A stretch of DNA of 64,000 nucleotides from an uncultured bacterium (GTDB lineage: Bacteria > Fidelibacterota > Marinisomatia > Marinisomatales > UBA1611). The stretch covers positions 17,079 to 81,078 of the forward strand of contig CBFIBM010000008.1 in NCBI GenBank assembly GCA_965660855.1, given 5' to 3'. The translations under genes were made by a program, and so were the position numbers. The notes beneath the pieces are model-generated. The model made no database searches. It was not told where the DNA came from and saw only the letters and a list, made by a program, of their open reading frames with translations. This document shows positions 40,656-51,905 of this stretch, piece by piece. The number at the start of each line of letters is the position of its first letter. Position 1 is the first letter of the stretch.

Positions 40656-42285
40656 ATTTTTATTTCTTTTTATTTCATTGGTATTTTGTCATAATACATC
40701 TGTCAAGAAATCTTATGAATTATTACTGGATTCGACATCTTTTAACCATGCGACAACAAGCATAACAAATATTTTAAGAAACGATCCTATCCATCTTTCA
40801 ATCGATGAGATCGGAGAACTATCTAAGTTCGGATTGGAATATTATGATGGATCCATAAAAGTGCTAAAGCCTACTTACTTAGATAACTCATATGAAACGG
40901 AACATTTTAAATTTCATTATACATTAGATGGAAATGATGCAGTAGCAGATATTGAATACGTACATTCTATGGGACGAATTTTTGAGCAGGTATGGAATTT
41001 TTTTATTGATACTTTAGAATACACGCCTCCTCCTGAAGTGGACCCACAAAATGAAAAATTATATAATATTTTTATCGAGAGGTTGCCTTCTTATTATTTT
41101 GGAATAACATATGTTGAAAATTATAGTGAAAATAATTATTCATGCACAAGCTTTATAAAAATGCGTAATAATTATACAAGTTCCCAATTTAATAATAAAA
41201 CAGAAATTGAAAATATAAAAGTAACTGCTGTCCATGAATTTTTTCACTCAATACAATTTGGATATAATTGTAATGAAGAATTATGGTTCATGGAAGCAAC
41301 CGCTGTTTGGAGCGAAGATGAACTCTTCGATGAGATAAATGATTTATATAGGTATATACCTTCATGGTTTTCCAATCCGCAAAAATCATTATCAGAAGAA
41401 AGTAATCATATGTATGGATCATTTATTTTTTTCCAATATATTGATGAGCATTTAGGTGGTAGAAATACAATAAAAAGATGCTGGGAAAATTCTAAAGAAT
41501 TAAGAAACGATCAATTTAATAATCCTATTATAGCCATAGACAATGCATTAAAAGTTGAAAATTCCTCCATTGAAGAAGCGCATAGTCGAATGAGAGTTTC
41601 AAATATTATAATGACTGATAATTCAAACTTAGATCATTATAACTATGAGGAGGCGAATAATTATAATGAATTAATAGGCGATCAATCGTTAGAAACCATA
41701 GTTTTTGAAAAAGGAAGCTTTGATTACTTTCAATCTAATATTTCAAACGCACTTTCTTGCTCTTATTATCAGATTGCTACTGAAACTCCAATAATGATTG
41801 AATTTGAATCATCAAATGAATTTTTAAAACTAATTACTATTATCAAATTAAAAGATGAGGAAAGTTGGGATATTATTGATCAAAAAAACGTAAATATTGA
41901 CCCGAATATTAATATAGAGTGGATAAAACTTTTAGTCCCAAGGGGTAATGATAATGAGATTAATTCAGAGTACTTAATATCGATAAAAGATGGTGAGAAT
42001 AAAGATTTTACATTTTATCCTCCATTCCCAAATCCATCGACTTTGAATGACGTGTTCTTCAAAATTCAAATTATAAAATCTCAAAATTTTCATTTAAAGA
42101 TTTACGATTTACTAGGGAGGCAAATATTAAGTGAAAATTTTAAATCAACTGGTGGTGAGATTAAGAAAATAAATTGGAATAAATATGATGATGTTGGAAG
42201 GAAGGTAAGTAATGGAATTTATTTTGTAGAACTTAAAGGCGAAAATAAAATAATAACTCACAAGACATTATTGTTTAACTATTAA
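40642..42285 (+). CDS. Secreted zinc metalloprotease (MXAN_6640-like) with C-terminal sorting-type domain
   Basis: TAVHEFFHSIQFGY, WFMEATAVWSED; C-terminal PFPNP...IYDLLGRQI...WN...GRKVSNGIYFV. Confidence 0.75.
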   Translation: MINYKFLFLFISLVFCHNTSVKKSYELLLDSTSFNHATTSITNILRNDPIHLSIDEIGELSKFGLEYYDGSIKVLKPTYLDNSYETEHFKFHYTLDGNDAVADIEYVHSMGRIFEQVWNFFIDTLEYTPPPEVDPQNEKLYNIFIERLPSYYFGITYVENYSENNYSCTSFIKMRNNYTSSQFNNKTEIENIKVTAVHEFFHSIQFGYNCNEELWFMEATAVWSEDELFDEINDLYRYIPSWFSNPQKSLSEESNHMYGSFIFFQYIDEHLGGRNTIKRCWENSKELRNDQFNNPIIAIDNALKVENSSIEEAHSRMRVSNIIMTDNSNLDHYNYEEANNYNELIGDQSLETIVFEKGSFDYFQSNISNALSCSYYQIATETPIMIEFESSNEFLKLITIIKLKDEESWDIIDQKNVNIDPNINIEWIKLLVPRGNDNEINSEYLISIKDGENKDFTFYPPFPNPSTLNDVFFKIQIIKSQNFHLKIYDLLGRQILSENFKSTGGEIKKINWNKYDDVGRKVSNGIYFVELKGENKIITHKTLLFNY

Positions 42286-42287
42286 GT

Positions 42288-43163
42288 TTAAATTGAATCT
42301 AGTAGTCTTTCAATTTCATTCAGAGTTTGAGTATAATATTTATAATCAATTTTATATTTAATTTTATAGCTTTTCTCTTTTTGATTTTTACTTTCCATAT
42401 ACACTGGTGCTCCTACTTCGGTGAGTGCTATATTTTTTATATTGGTTAAAAAGTCTTCATATTCATCTAAACTTTTATTGTACAGCTCAATTTTTTTAAA
42501 AACTTCTTGTAATTCTTTTGAGAAGAAAGAATTTGGTGAGCGAAAAAAAGCTGAGTTAACTACCTTATTAAAATCCTTGAGTTTTATTTCTAACTGAGAT
42601 CTTTTATATCTTATTTTAAAGAGAGTGATTTTATAATCCTTAATTTCATCTGAAATAAAAACTAATTTTTTCTTTTCTTTTTTTAAAACTTTATTAATCC
42701 TAGAAATACTTAAATAAAAAAATTTTTTACTTTTCTCAATTTGTTTACTTTTTATAGCAATTTCATTTCGTAAATCGTTATTTCTTCCATTTTTATTTGA
42801 GTTATTCAAAATTAATTCTGAAGTATTTAACGGAATACTTTTAGTTAAAGTTTCAAATTCAGTTAATATTGTATCTATTTTGTTAATCGATTCTTTATAC
42901 AACTCAAATGACGGAGCTAAACGGTCGTAATTTCTCATATCTGTGTCGATAAAATATTTCAATTGCTTTCTTATCAAATCATCAACAAAAGGATATTCCG
43001 TTTTACGATCTTCTATCCATTTAGAAGTTTCAAATATTTTCACATCCAATGAATGCCTGTCTAAAACCTTCCAAGATTTTATCCTACCTGAACAATCTAT
43101 AAATAAAAAAAGGGTTCCTGTAAGTACAAAAACCCTTAAAAATATGTTTAAATTAGTAATCAA
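42288..43163 (-). CDS. Hypothetical helical lipoprotein
   Basis: Lipobox-like FIDCSG after a hydrophobic leader; Lys/Glu-rich helical body; ATGA overlap with the glutaredoxin gene. Confidence 0.55.
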   Translation of the reverse strand: MITNLNIFLRVFVLTGTLFLFIDCSGRIKSWKVLDRHSLDVKIFETSKWIEDRKTEYPFVDDLIRKQLKYFIDTDMRNYDRLAPSFELYKESINKIDTILTEFETLTKSIPLNTSELILNNSNKNGRNNDLRNEIAIKSKQIEKSKKFFYLSISRINKVLKKEKKKLVFISDEIKDYKITLFKIRYKRSQLEIKLKDFNKVVNSAFFRSPNSFFSKELQEVFKKIELYNKSLDEYEDFLTNIKNIALTEVGAPVYMESKNQKEKSYKIKYKIDYKYYTQTLNEIERLLDSI

Positions 43164-43405
43164 GTTTTTAAAGTGTCCATTTTATTTAATTTTTGTAGGT
43201 CCGTAAATCCTCCAATATTTTCGCCATTTATAACAATTTGAGGAACTGTTCTACCCCCTGTTATTTTATATAAATCTTCTCTCGACATACCTTCTCTTTC
43301 TATATCAATTTCTTCATAGTCAATACCTTTTTCATTTAAAAGTTGTTTTGCATACTTACAAGGGCCACACCATGATGCGGTATAAACTATAACCTTTTTA
43401 TCCAT
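43160..43405 (-). CDS. grxC: Glutaredoxin (Grx3-like)
   Basis: YTASWCGPC, TVPQI, IGGFTD. Confidence 0.88.
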   Translation of the reverse strand: MDKKVIVYTASWCGPCKYAKQLLNEKGIDYEEIDIEREGMSREDLYKITGGRTVPQIVINGENIGGFTDLQKLNKMDTLKT

Positions 43406-46400
43406 TATTTAATTAATAATATTTTTTGAAACTTGGATTTATTTCCATATTTCGCTAAAACAAAATAAGTCCCAGATCCAACTGAATTTCCAAATTTATT
43501 TTTACCATTCCAGGAAAAAGTATAATTCCCAGGAACAAGCGTACCGATTTGGATTACTGAGATTTCTCTTCCAAGGATATCTAATATACTTATTTGACCA
43601 CTTTCCGTTTTAGATATTGATAATTGTAAAGTGGTTGTAGGATTAAAAGGATTTGGGTAGGGAGGTTTTAAATTAAAACCATGAGGTATGAAATCATCAT
43701 CTATTGATAATGGAGCAACATAATTATCGGGTGCTTCTGTAGTAAACCTAATAATTCTCTCATTTTCTAGTATGGCAGCTCCTGGTGCATAGACATTGTT
43801 AAAGACATATTGGAGTCCGTAATTTTTTTCTGGTGCCTCAATTCCTACAGTTGAATAGTTTTTAGTAACATCAACATCCTGTATTTCCAAATATTGGAAA
43901 TCAATAACACCATTTTCACTTTCAGTTGGCATCGAACTTTGATTGTGTAATATTATTTGAAATGTTTCTTCTGTTATTTCATCATATCCATTTAAAGCTC
44001 TTGACCATTCTATAATGAATTGACCATTTTCCTCATCGTACCATGTGTAAACATTAATCCAGATATCGTTTTGACCATCGCCATCAGTATCTAAGGTTTC
44101 TAAATCATCAGAAAAAGGTGCTAGCAAGGCTTTTGGACCCATATACATAGGTATTGACATGTTCCAAAAATAATTGATATCACAGGGTTCAAAAGATGCC
44201 CATCCATTAGAATTAATAGTAATTTGATTATAGTTGACACCATGATATTTAAATGTAAATGGAAGTTCTAAATCAACATGATCATCATCATCTAATTGAT
44301 GGTGAGTACCAAATAATCCTCCATAATTTGGGTCTAATTCAACCCAATTAAAAGTTGGTGTATTAAGATAACCAGTATCGGTATCATCGTATGCCCAGTA
44401 TCCAAAATTATTTGGTGAAACTGGATAGTTGCTAGAGTTAGGAGCTATTTCCAAAGAAATTTCTTGTGAGTAAATATTTATATTATCTTTCAATAACTCT
44501 ACAAAGAGTGTAATCTGACTCCCATAAGATACATCTGATAGTTCTATATTGTAATTTGTTGAATTTATATGTTCTTCAAAAGGTAAAATATCTAATAAAA
44601 AATCAGTTTCATTCATTTCCATATTAACACCATCAGAAACTGGGGTTAGTTTTATGAAAACTGAATCTATTTTTGAATTGGAAAAATTTGAAAGTAAAAT
44701 AGTTGGTGAAAAGATTTCTCCAGGCGAAGGGTTATTTAGAAAATTTAGATTAAAAGCTAATGGGTTAAAATCTATGCATATTTTTGATATGATATTATTT
44801 TCACTATTCTCTATAGCGGCTACTATTGAGTTTCCTAAATCTGGTTTAAAAGCAGTAAATATTAAATTGTTAAAATTGACGGACTCTCCCGGACTCAGTT
44901 GAGGAAAATTTAATATAAGTTCTTGAGGTAAAACGAAATCAGAGAATTTTAAAATCCCTTCAAACGAACCCGTAGTTTCAGTTTGAGAAGTATTTTTAAT
45001 TTCAAAATTTAAATTTACGGGAGAGCCAAAGGATGGCTGTGCTTCATCATCTTCTAAAATAAATGTAAGGTTCGATAATTTTAATCCTTCAGAACTTTCA
45101 ACTTGAAGAGATTTATAACCTTGAATAAACATTTTTTTATTAGCATAGATATCGATAGGACCCGTATTATCAATATTTAGAGTTGAAACAAATTCCCCAT
45201 TAATATCGGATATACCTTTTTTAAGTATTTGGTCATCTTGCATTATACTTATAACAGCATTAGCTATGCGGTTTTGTTGAGAATCTTCAATAATTAACTT
45301 TATGAACCCATCAATATTGGAAAATTCTTGTATGACAATTTCAAATTGGTTTGGGGTATTTAAATAGACTTGCAAAGAAGGATCACCCAAAATATTATAT
45401 ACATGTGAGTAAAATTCTTGCGCTTCACCTGGGCCCGATTGTGCAGGAAATTCTTTTACTAATCCATACTGTCCAGCTTGCATGGCAGGACCCAATTCAA
45501 CAATTCCATGATTTAACATAGCATCATACATATATGCATTAATTATATTATTATATTTAGTACTTGTATGTAAATCAGAAGGTCCAACAAATGCTACTCC
45601 ACCTTTGGGAACTGTAGGAGTTCCTCCGCGAATTATGGCTTCCGCAAGACATGGGTCTACATTATTTGCAAAATCATTTGAATTACAGACATAACTCATA
45701 AACACTGGAGTTAACCATCCATTATTTAAGTCATTTACATCGTCAACATGGAACTCTGGATAATGCCATCCATTTGCATCTCCCCACCCTCGATAATTAA
45801 CTATACCTGCTCCATTGTTGATTAATGGAATAATATAAGAGGCTCCTTGCTGTATTGGTGGATAAAAAACAGTATCAACCTGACTATAACCAAAATCAAT
45901 TAGCTCATCTCTTAGCCAGTAAGATGTCCATTTTGGGGTTACAGGTATAGGGTATGTATTAGAATAATTACCTGCAACAACAATACCCCTACTTAACCAG
46001 TCAGAATTATATTCAAGTGGGTTTCTTGAGTAGTTGATAGTTTTGGACATTATTACAGCGAGATCAGATAATGAATCAATTGATAATCTACCTATAAACA
46101 CATCGGGAATATTATCATCTCCTAAAAGATATGAATATTTTTGATCTGTCACATCATTTTCAGGTCCATAATAAAATGAAGGTAATTCTGAAAATCCGTC
46201 AACATCTCCTATCAATAAAACATATTCTAACATTGGATCATCTATTAGAATTGAATAAATACTTTCCTTGATTCCTTGGGCTGTTTCACCTGCCTCTGAC
46301 AATGACTTGATATATACATCAAATCCTTGAGATTTTTTAAAAGAAACAAAATCATCTAAGTAGTTTATGATTCCGTCTGGAGCAATTATAAGATAACTGC

Positions 46401-46581
46401 CTCTTTCAGAATTAAATTGAGATGGTAATATGTTATAATTCTCTGATACTAAATAGGAAAAGGATAATGGAACTTTTTGACCAATAATTTGGTCCTTACT
46501 TTTTCCTCTAAAAGACATTGTATCTGCCTCAGTAAAATAAACTATAAATATAAGATATATTAATTTTTTAAAATAACGCAT
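43405..46581 (-). CDS. Peptidase C25 (gingipain)-like secreted protein with C-terminal sorting-type domain, atypical active site
   Basis: YLIIAP, KKSQGFDV, YVLLIGD, PDVFIGRL, NYRGWG, SYVCNS, YNILGDP; C-terminal YPNPFNPTT...GSGTYFV. Confidence 0.8.
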   Translation of the reverse strand: MRYFKKLIYLIFIVYFTEADTMSFRGKSKDQIIGQKVPLSFSYLVSENYNILPSQFNSERGSYLIIAPDGIINYLDDFVSFKKSQGFDVYIKSLSEAGETAQGIKESIYSILIDDPMLEYVLLIGDVDGFSELPSFYYGPENDVTDQKYSYLLGDDNIPDVFIGRLSIDSLSDLAVIMSKTINYSRNPLEYNSDWLSRGIVVAGNYSNTYPIPVTPKWTSYWLRDELIDFGYSQVDTVFYPPIQQGASYIIPLINNGAGIVNYRGWGDANGWHYPEFHVDDVNDLNNGWLTPVFMSYVCNSNDFANNVDPCLAEAIIRGGTPTVPKGGVAFVGPSDLHTSTKYNNIINAYMYDAMLNHGIVELGPAMQAGQYGLVKEFPAQSGPGEAQEFYSHVYNILGDPSLQVYLNTPNQFEIVIQEFSNIDGFIKLIIEDSQQNRIANAVISIMQDDQILKKGISDINGEFVSTLNIDNTGPIDIYANKKMFIQGYKSLQVESSEGLKLSNLTFILEDDEAQPSFGSPVNLNFEIKNTSQTETTGSFEGILKFSDFVLPQELILNFPQLSPGESVNFNNLIFTAFKPDLGNSIVAAIENSENNIISKICIDFNPLAFNLNFLNNPSPGEIFSPTILLSNFSNSKIDSVFIKLTPVSDGVNMEMNETDFLLDILPFEEHINSTNYNIELSDVSYGSQITLFVELLKDNINIYSQEISLEIAPNSSNYPVSPNNFGYWAYDDTDTGYLNTPTFNWVELDPNYGGLFGTHHQLDDDDHVDLELPFTFKYHGVNYNQITINSNGWASFEPCDINYFWNMSIPMYMGPKALLAPFSDDLETLDTDGDGQNDIWINVYTWYDEENGQFIIEWSRALNGYDEITEETFQIILHNQSSMPTESENGVIDFQYLEIQDVDVTKNYSTVGIEAPEKNYGLQYVFNNVYAPGAAILENERIIRFTTEAPDNYVAPLSIDDDFIPHGFNLKPPYPNPFNPTTTLQLSISKTESGQISILDILGREISVIQIGTLVPGNYTFSWNGKNKFGNSVGSGTYFVLAKYGNKSKFQKILLIK

Positions 46582-48872
46582 TTTTTTATTGCCCGTTTAT
46601 TATTTGATTCAATTTGAATAAAATACATTCCTGAGCCGTATTTTGTTTCATTAATGTTTTTAAAATCAAAAACAAAGTTTTTGCTTCCAGGGATCATATT
46701 CAATTTTTTTGAAAATATTTCTTGACCTAAAATATTAAATATTTTTAACTGTTTTACTCCACTGTAGTACTGGTTAAAAGAAATTTGAAATCGACCATTT
46801 GATGGATTAGGACTTATATTACTAATTTTCAAGGGTATTGAAGGGATTGTATTAGTTGAACTATTAGATAGGCTTAAATAGTTATCTTGAACTGAAAATA
46901 ATTTTATTCCAGCTATATCCCAACCTTCATAATTCACACTATTATCTAATAAAAATTTTAATCTGATTTTGACTTGGCTAAAAGTAGAATCATTAATTAT
47001 TGTAAAATAATTATTCACAAAAGTATTATTTGTTGATCCAGATATTTTTTTGTCATATAAAATATTATTATAATTATCAATTATCTGAATATTGATAAAA
47101 TCATGATCCCACTCAGTTTCATACCTATGGTTTAATTGTAAAAGAATCCTATTTTTATTTTCAACATTGATAAAATTTGTTTCTATAATTTGAGAGGAAG
47201 TTAAAGAATCAATATTTGCATAATGCTGATTAAGTTGAGAACTTAAAATGCCATTATTGAACACCCAGAATCCTTGCATCGTTTCCCAAACCCATGGATT
47301 ATCTGAAATCATATTTTCAGATTCTAATATTGGGATATCAATTGACATATTTTGATCAAGGACAATTCTTTTTTCCCAAGGAACTAAATTACTTGCCTCA
47401 TTCATAGGAATCACAATCTGATATTCATCACTATGCAACTCAAAATAATTCTGACTGGTTGTCAGAAGTTCAATAGATATTTCATCAAATTCAGATTTAA
47501 GATGTGCTGTGATAGAAGGAACATCAAAAGCATTATTTAAAATATTTATTTCAAGATTAAACTTTTGAGACGGATCAATAAAAATATCATTATTTGTAAT
47601 ACCACTATTATTTGCTACGGATATAACCTGTTTATCATTATAACCTTTAGCTTTAACTAAAATCGTATAAGTTCCTACATCTAATATTCTTCTATATCTT
47701 CCAAATTCATTTGTTTTTCTTGGGGATAATACTGACCCAGTGTGCTCCAGAATTTCGACAACTGCTCCTTCAATAGGTTGATTTGTTTCACTATCATAAA
47801 TAATTCCAGTAATTTGAGAGGCATCTGCATAATATCCTATAGTTCTATCCATTAAATATATCATAGCAGGTTTTGTTCGCTCTATGGTATTTTCAATTAA
47901 AATACTGTCTGGTTGTAAATTTGCAGTTCCACACTCAACTAAGTACTGAAATGATCCAGTAGCTTTGTAAAACCAATCATGTATTTTACCATTTCGAGAC
48001 CCACTAAAAACCGATAAATAGGTACTAGTTCCATCTTCAGTCGGAATAAGACCAGAGAAATGATCTGATATTTTTTTCATAATATTGAGGTCAGGTGATT
48101 CCTTTACTTCTTCCCACTTCCATGAGGTAAATACTTTCTCTGATAAATTTCCAGATCTAGAACTATGCCACACAATTGAAAATACAAAATCATTTTCAAG
48201 TGCCAAATTTCTCAAGGCTATGGATTCAGATTCTGAAAAAGGTTCTTCTCCTTTGTAGTAATCATAATGGGAACCATAATCAGAATTATCAGGTTCAAGA
48301 AATGTATCTCCAAATGCCCAGTTAAATCCAAAATTTCTATTTAAATCAACTCCATCTACATCATTCCCAATGGATGGATCAAAATCAAAAATACTATTAG
48401 GATATGGACCATTAGGAGAGAAATCTCTTTTATTTTTTCTATAACTAAGATCATGACCATCATGGACTACATTTAATCCTTCTGGGTTTAAGGTTGGAAT
48501 TATCCATATATCTAAATACTCTTTTAAAATATTCATGTGCGTGTTAATGCTGGGGTCTGGAAATAACAAATCATTGATAAGATCAAGTACAATTTCAACA
48601 CCAAGTATTTCTTCAGCATGGACTTGACCTACAAATAATACCCTTGGCTCGTCTTCTTTAATGGATGCATTATCAGAAATTTTAATAGCTATTATTGGAA
48701 TATTCTCTTGAGAGGAATATCCTATTGTATCTATCATTAACCATTCATTTAGTTCTTCGATATTATTCAGAGAATCTAAATATGAATAAATTTCTTGTGT
48801 AGAATGGTATCTACTATCGATTTGTTGGGCAGAAATATAAGATAATAATAATGTAAATAATATTTTATTCAT
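46560..48872 (-). CDS. M14 zinc carboxypeptidase with CP-regulatory-like domain and C-terminal sorting-type domain
   Basis: QVHAEE (HxxE), NPEG, RKN, GVDLNRNF, VWHS, LVECG; GIIYDSETNQPIEGA; SPNPSNG...GMYFI. Confidence 0.88.
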   Translation of the reverse strand: MNKILFTLLLSYISAQQIDSRYHSTQEIYSYLDSLNNIEELNEWLMIDTIGYSSQENIPIIAIKISDNASIKEDEPRVLFVGQVHAEEILGVEIVLDLINDLLFPDPSINTHMNILKEYLDIWIIPTLNPEGLNVVHDGHDLSYRKNKRDFSPNGPYPNSIFDFDPSIGNDVDGVDLNRNFGFNWAFGDTFLEPDNSDYGSHYDYYKGEEPFSESESIALRNLALENDFVFSIVWHSSRSGNLSEKVFTSWKWEEVKESPDLNIMKKISDHFSGLIPTEDGTSTYLSVFSGSRNGKIHDWFYKATGSFQYLVECGTANLQPDSILIENTIERTKPAMIYLMDRTIGYYADASQITGIIYDSETNQPIEGAVVEILEHTGSVLSPRKTNEFGRYRRILDVGTYTILVKAKGYNDKQVISVANNSGITNNDIFIDPSQKFNLEINILNNAFDVPSITAHLKSEFDEISIELLTTSQNYFELHSDEYQIVIPMNEASNLVPWEKRIVLDQNMSIDIPILESENMISDNPWVWETMQGFWVFNNGILSSQLNQHYANIDSLTSSQIIETNFINVENKNRILLQLNHRYETEWDHDFINIQIIDNYNNILYDKKISGSTNNTFVNNYFTIINDSTFSQVKIRLKFLLDNSVNYEGWDIAGIKLFSVQDNYLSLSNSSTNTIPSIPLKISNISPNPSNGRFQISFNQYYSGVKQLKIFNILGQEIFSKKLNMIPGSKNFVFDFKNINETKYGSGMYFIQIESNNKRAIKKCVILKN

Positions 48873-48875
48873 GTT

Positions 48876-51800
48876 TTACTTTAAATATGTTATTTTACCT
48901 CTGTATATATTTGATTTTGATTTAAATACATAAAAATATAATCCACTTGATACGGTCGTTCCATTTATCATTTTTCCATCCCAAGAAATTCGGTGGTGAC
49001 CCTCTGTATTCGGTAAAATAAGTTTGCTAGTAATAATTTTACCATTTAAGTCATAAATAGTAAAATCTAATGGTTCTTCACTCGGGACAAAATAATCAAA
49101 TGATATTAAACCATTAAATGGATTGGGATATGCACTATTAAGTGAAAATTTGCGGGGAATTTCACAGTCGATACAAGGTTCCTTGACTGTTAAATATTCT
49201 GACTTTGTGATTATTCGCCCATAATAGTTTGCCAAATCTTCTTTACCAGAGCTTCTATAATCTACCCAATCAAGGAGATATTCAGAGTTCTGGTAATTTG
49301 TTATATTTACATTTTGCTGCTTATGGTATGCTATACAAACTGGAGTACCATTAACTTCAGTTGTCATACCATTTCCCAGAATAAATCCGCTTCCATATAA
49401 ATCTACACCATTGATTAGCAATGGATCATCATTGTAATATCCTCTTCCATCTTCCCAAACGATAAAAAATTCGTCATCCATAAGATGCTTAACCAGTGGA
49501 TTAAATTGATCAGTCGTATCATTAGAAAATTGTATCTCATTGCCACTAATCAAACCATTTTGAAGATTCAAAACATTTGCAAAGATTTCAAAATCTGAAC
49601 CATTTCTGTAATCCTCCCATATTATTAATGAGTGGGTCTTACTTTCATTAATATCAAAAGATATATTTCCTTGATCGTTATCAGCATCTGATATTACTAT
49701 TCCACTAGCTGAAAATTGCAAATTACCATTCCAATCTATAACCTGAGCATATATATCTGAAAAGTTTCCATCTTGGTTCCAAATCGCCAACATTCCTACT
49801 TCTTCATCAATAACTTTTACCTGTAAGTTTCTTGAGTCATACTGAGAAATACTTAGTTGATTTCCATTTGGATTCCAACCTATTTCAACATTACCATCTG
49901 AATCAATTTTTGTAAATTTTAAACTTGCTGCTGGCCAAGCATCCTCTAACCAAAATATTATAAATTTATTATCTCCAGTAGGAATTATTTCAACGATATA
50001 ATCATCTCCATTTGAATCAACTAATTCTATACCTTGATCAACCAAAGCAATTGAACCATCAGAATTTAATCTTTGGTAATAAATATTATAGTTAAACCCT
50101 CTACTCTCAGACCAGAAACATCCAATACCATCACCGATTTCTTGTAATTTAACACTTCTCATATCAAATACAGCTGAAAGAGCAACTCCAGAGGAATCCC
50201 ATAAGTTATTTAAATTATCATCAACCTTATTTATTCTTAGAAATTTTGGTGATGACGCCCCATCGAAAGTCGCAGTGTAAAAATTATTGTTAGATTCAAT
50301 ATAAAATGGGGTTGAAAAATCTGTTTCAGATGATGAGTTATCACCATAAGTTAATTGCTTACCATTTAACGTATCTACCTCTGAATTAAGAATTCTAGTA
50401 CTAAATATCTTTTTAGATGCCCTGTTATCCTCCCATACTAAATATACATCATTATCTGCGATTTTAAAGGTTTTGGTATAATTTATATCGCCATCTAAAC
50501 CTTTCATTACCTCTAAACCATTATTTTGCCACTCAGGTTGATAATCTGTATTTATTTTTTGTACTTTTAAATCTATACTTCCATTACCTTGATCTCCGTA
50601 AATGATAAATAATCCACTGGAATTGTTACCCATAATAGCAGGTGAATATTGATACCCTAATTCTTGATTAATCGAAATAGGTTCATTATGTATTGCAGTT
50701 CCATCAGATGTGATATTTTGATACATAATATCGATTTCAGGAAATGATCCTCTCTCCCATACTACATTTACCCCACCATTATCATCTGGTGCAAACCTCG
50801 CACTAAAATCAGGTAGATTTGAAGGATCAACCCTTACACCATCATTCCATTCTGTATCACCATCTATATTTACTTTTTGAAAATATTGATCACCATCAAT
50901 TGGGTCATCTCTAAGATCTTTCCAATTAACGAAAATCTCTCCAAGAGTGCTTCTTTTGACCCTTGGTGCTGTTTGAATAGATTCACTTGAAGAAATCTCT
51001 TTTGCTGTTTCAAATAAAACCCCATCAGAGTTTATAAATTGATATAAAACCTTAGAATCTTCATCACCAACCTTCCAACATAAAAAGGAAGTGTCATTAT
51101 TTACAAATGTTGCTCGAGGTTTTAACTCTTGTTCTTCAGTACCAGCAATTTGAAAACCATTTTCTTCAAATTGCATAACCATATCGATACCGAATCTTTG
51201 TCCATAAATATTTGCATTAGCACCTTCTCTAAAATCAGTCCATGCAATAAATGCTTCATTATTCCCAGCATATTCAATAGTTTTAGAATTTTGACTTCCT
51301 CCTTGAACTACTATTGGATAACCAGTGCCTGGGGCTCCTATGGTATAATCTGAAGAAACATGAGTTCCATAAATATCATCATCTATACCACTTCTTTTAT
51401 CCTGCCATGTAACAAAAACACCACCTAAACTATCCGTACACATATTTATAGTAATTTGTTTTCCTGGAACATCAGCTAGGGCAACACCGTTAGGATCCAT
51501 TAAGATTACTCCTTCGGAACTAATATGCTGAATAAAAATATCACCTTGAGCATCAAAGCGGTAATCAACCCATGCAATAAATGCACCTCCTGATCCGTCA
51601 GTAATCGAAACTGGATCTTCTTGTCTTCCAGGAAGATTTGTAATGGTAGCACCATTATCACCCCATAATAATTCACCATTTTGATTAATTTTATGTGCAA
51701 AAATGTTCCTCATTCCAAATCTGGTATCAGACCATACGAAAATTGATTCGCCTTCATTACCTGAAGCTAGGGTTCTATACCATTCAATGTGGACACCTTG

Positions 51801-51884
51801 TCTTATTGGTGCGCCATCACCACTATCAAAATTTATTGACATCAAAATCGATGAGAATAAAATTATTATTGATATATATTTCAT
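48876..51884 (-). CDS. Large secreted repeat protein (probable beta-propellers) with C-terminal sorting-type domain
   Basis: About 15 repeats of G-x-F-I-x-W-x-D-x-R...(D/N)I(Y/F)xQ; C-terminal AYPNPFN...WDG...SSGLYFY. Confidence 0.7.
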   Translation of the reverse strand: MKYISIIILFSSILMSINFDSGDGAPIRQGVHIEWYRTLASGNEGESIFVWSDTRFGMRNIFAHKINQNGELLWGDNGATITNLPGRQEDPVSITDGSGGAFIAWVDYRFDAQGDIFIQHISSEGVILMDPNGVALADVPGKQITINMCTDSLGGVFVTWQDKRSGIDDDIYGTHVSSDYTIGAPGTGYPIVVQGGSQNSKTIEYAGNNEAFIAWTDFREGANANIYGQRFGIDMVMQFEENGFQIAGTEEQELKPRATFVNNDTSFLCWKVGDEDSKVLYQFINSDGVLFETAKEISSSESIQTAPRVKRSTLGEIFVNWKDLRDDPIDGDQYFQKVNIDGDTEWNDGVRVDPSNLPDFSARFAPDDNGGVNVVWERGSFPEIDIMYQNITSDGTAIHNEPISINQELGYQYSPAIMGNNSSGLFIIYGDQGNGSIDLKVQKINTDYQPEWQNNGLEVMKGLDGDINYTKTFKIADNDVYLVWEDNRASKKIFSTRILNSEVDTLNGKQLTYGDNSSSETDFSTPFYIESNNNFYTATFDGASSPKFLRINKVDDNLNNLWDSSGVALSAVFDMRSVKLQEIGDGIGCFWSESRGFNYNIYYQRLNSDGSIALVDQGIELVDSNGDDYIVEIIPTGDNKFIIFWLEDAWPAASLKFTKIDSDGNVEIGWNPNGNQLSISQYDSRNLQVKVIDEEVGMLAIWNQDGNFSDIYAQVIDWNGNLQFSASGIVISDADNDQGNISFDINESKTHSLIIWEDYRNGSDFEIFANVLNLQNGLISGNEIQFSNDTTDQFNPLVKHLMDDEFFIVWEDGRGYYNDDPLLINGVDLYGSGFILGNGMTTEVNGTPVCIAYHKQQNVNITNYQNSEYLLDWVDYRSSGKEDLANYYGRIITKSEYLTVKEPCIDCEIPRKFSLNSAYPNPFNGLISFDYFVPSEEPLDFTIYDLNGKIITSKLILPNTEGHHRISWDGKMINGTTVSSGLYFYVFKSKSNIYRGKITYLK

Positions 51885-51905
51885 TAAAATTCCTTTTAAA
51901 ATAGT

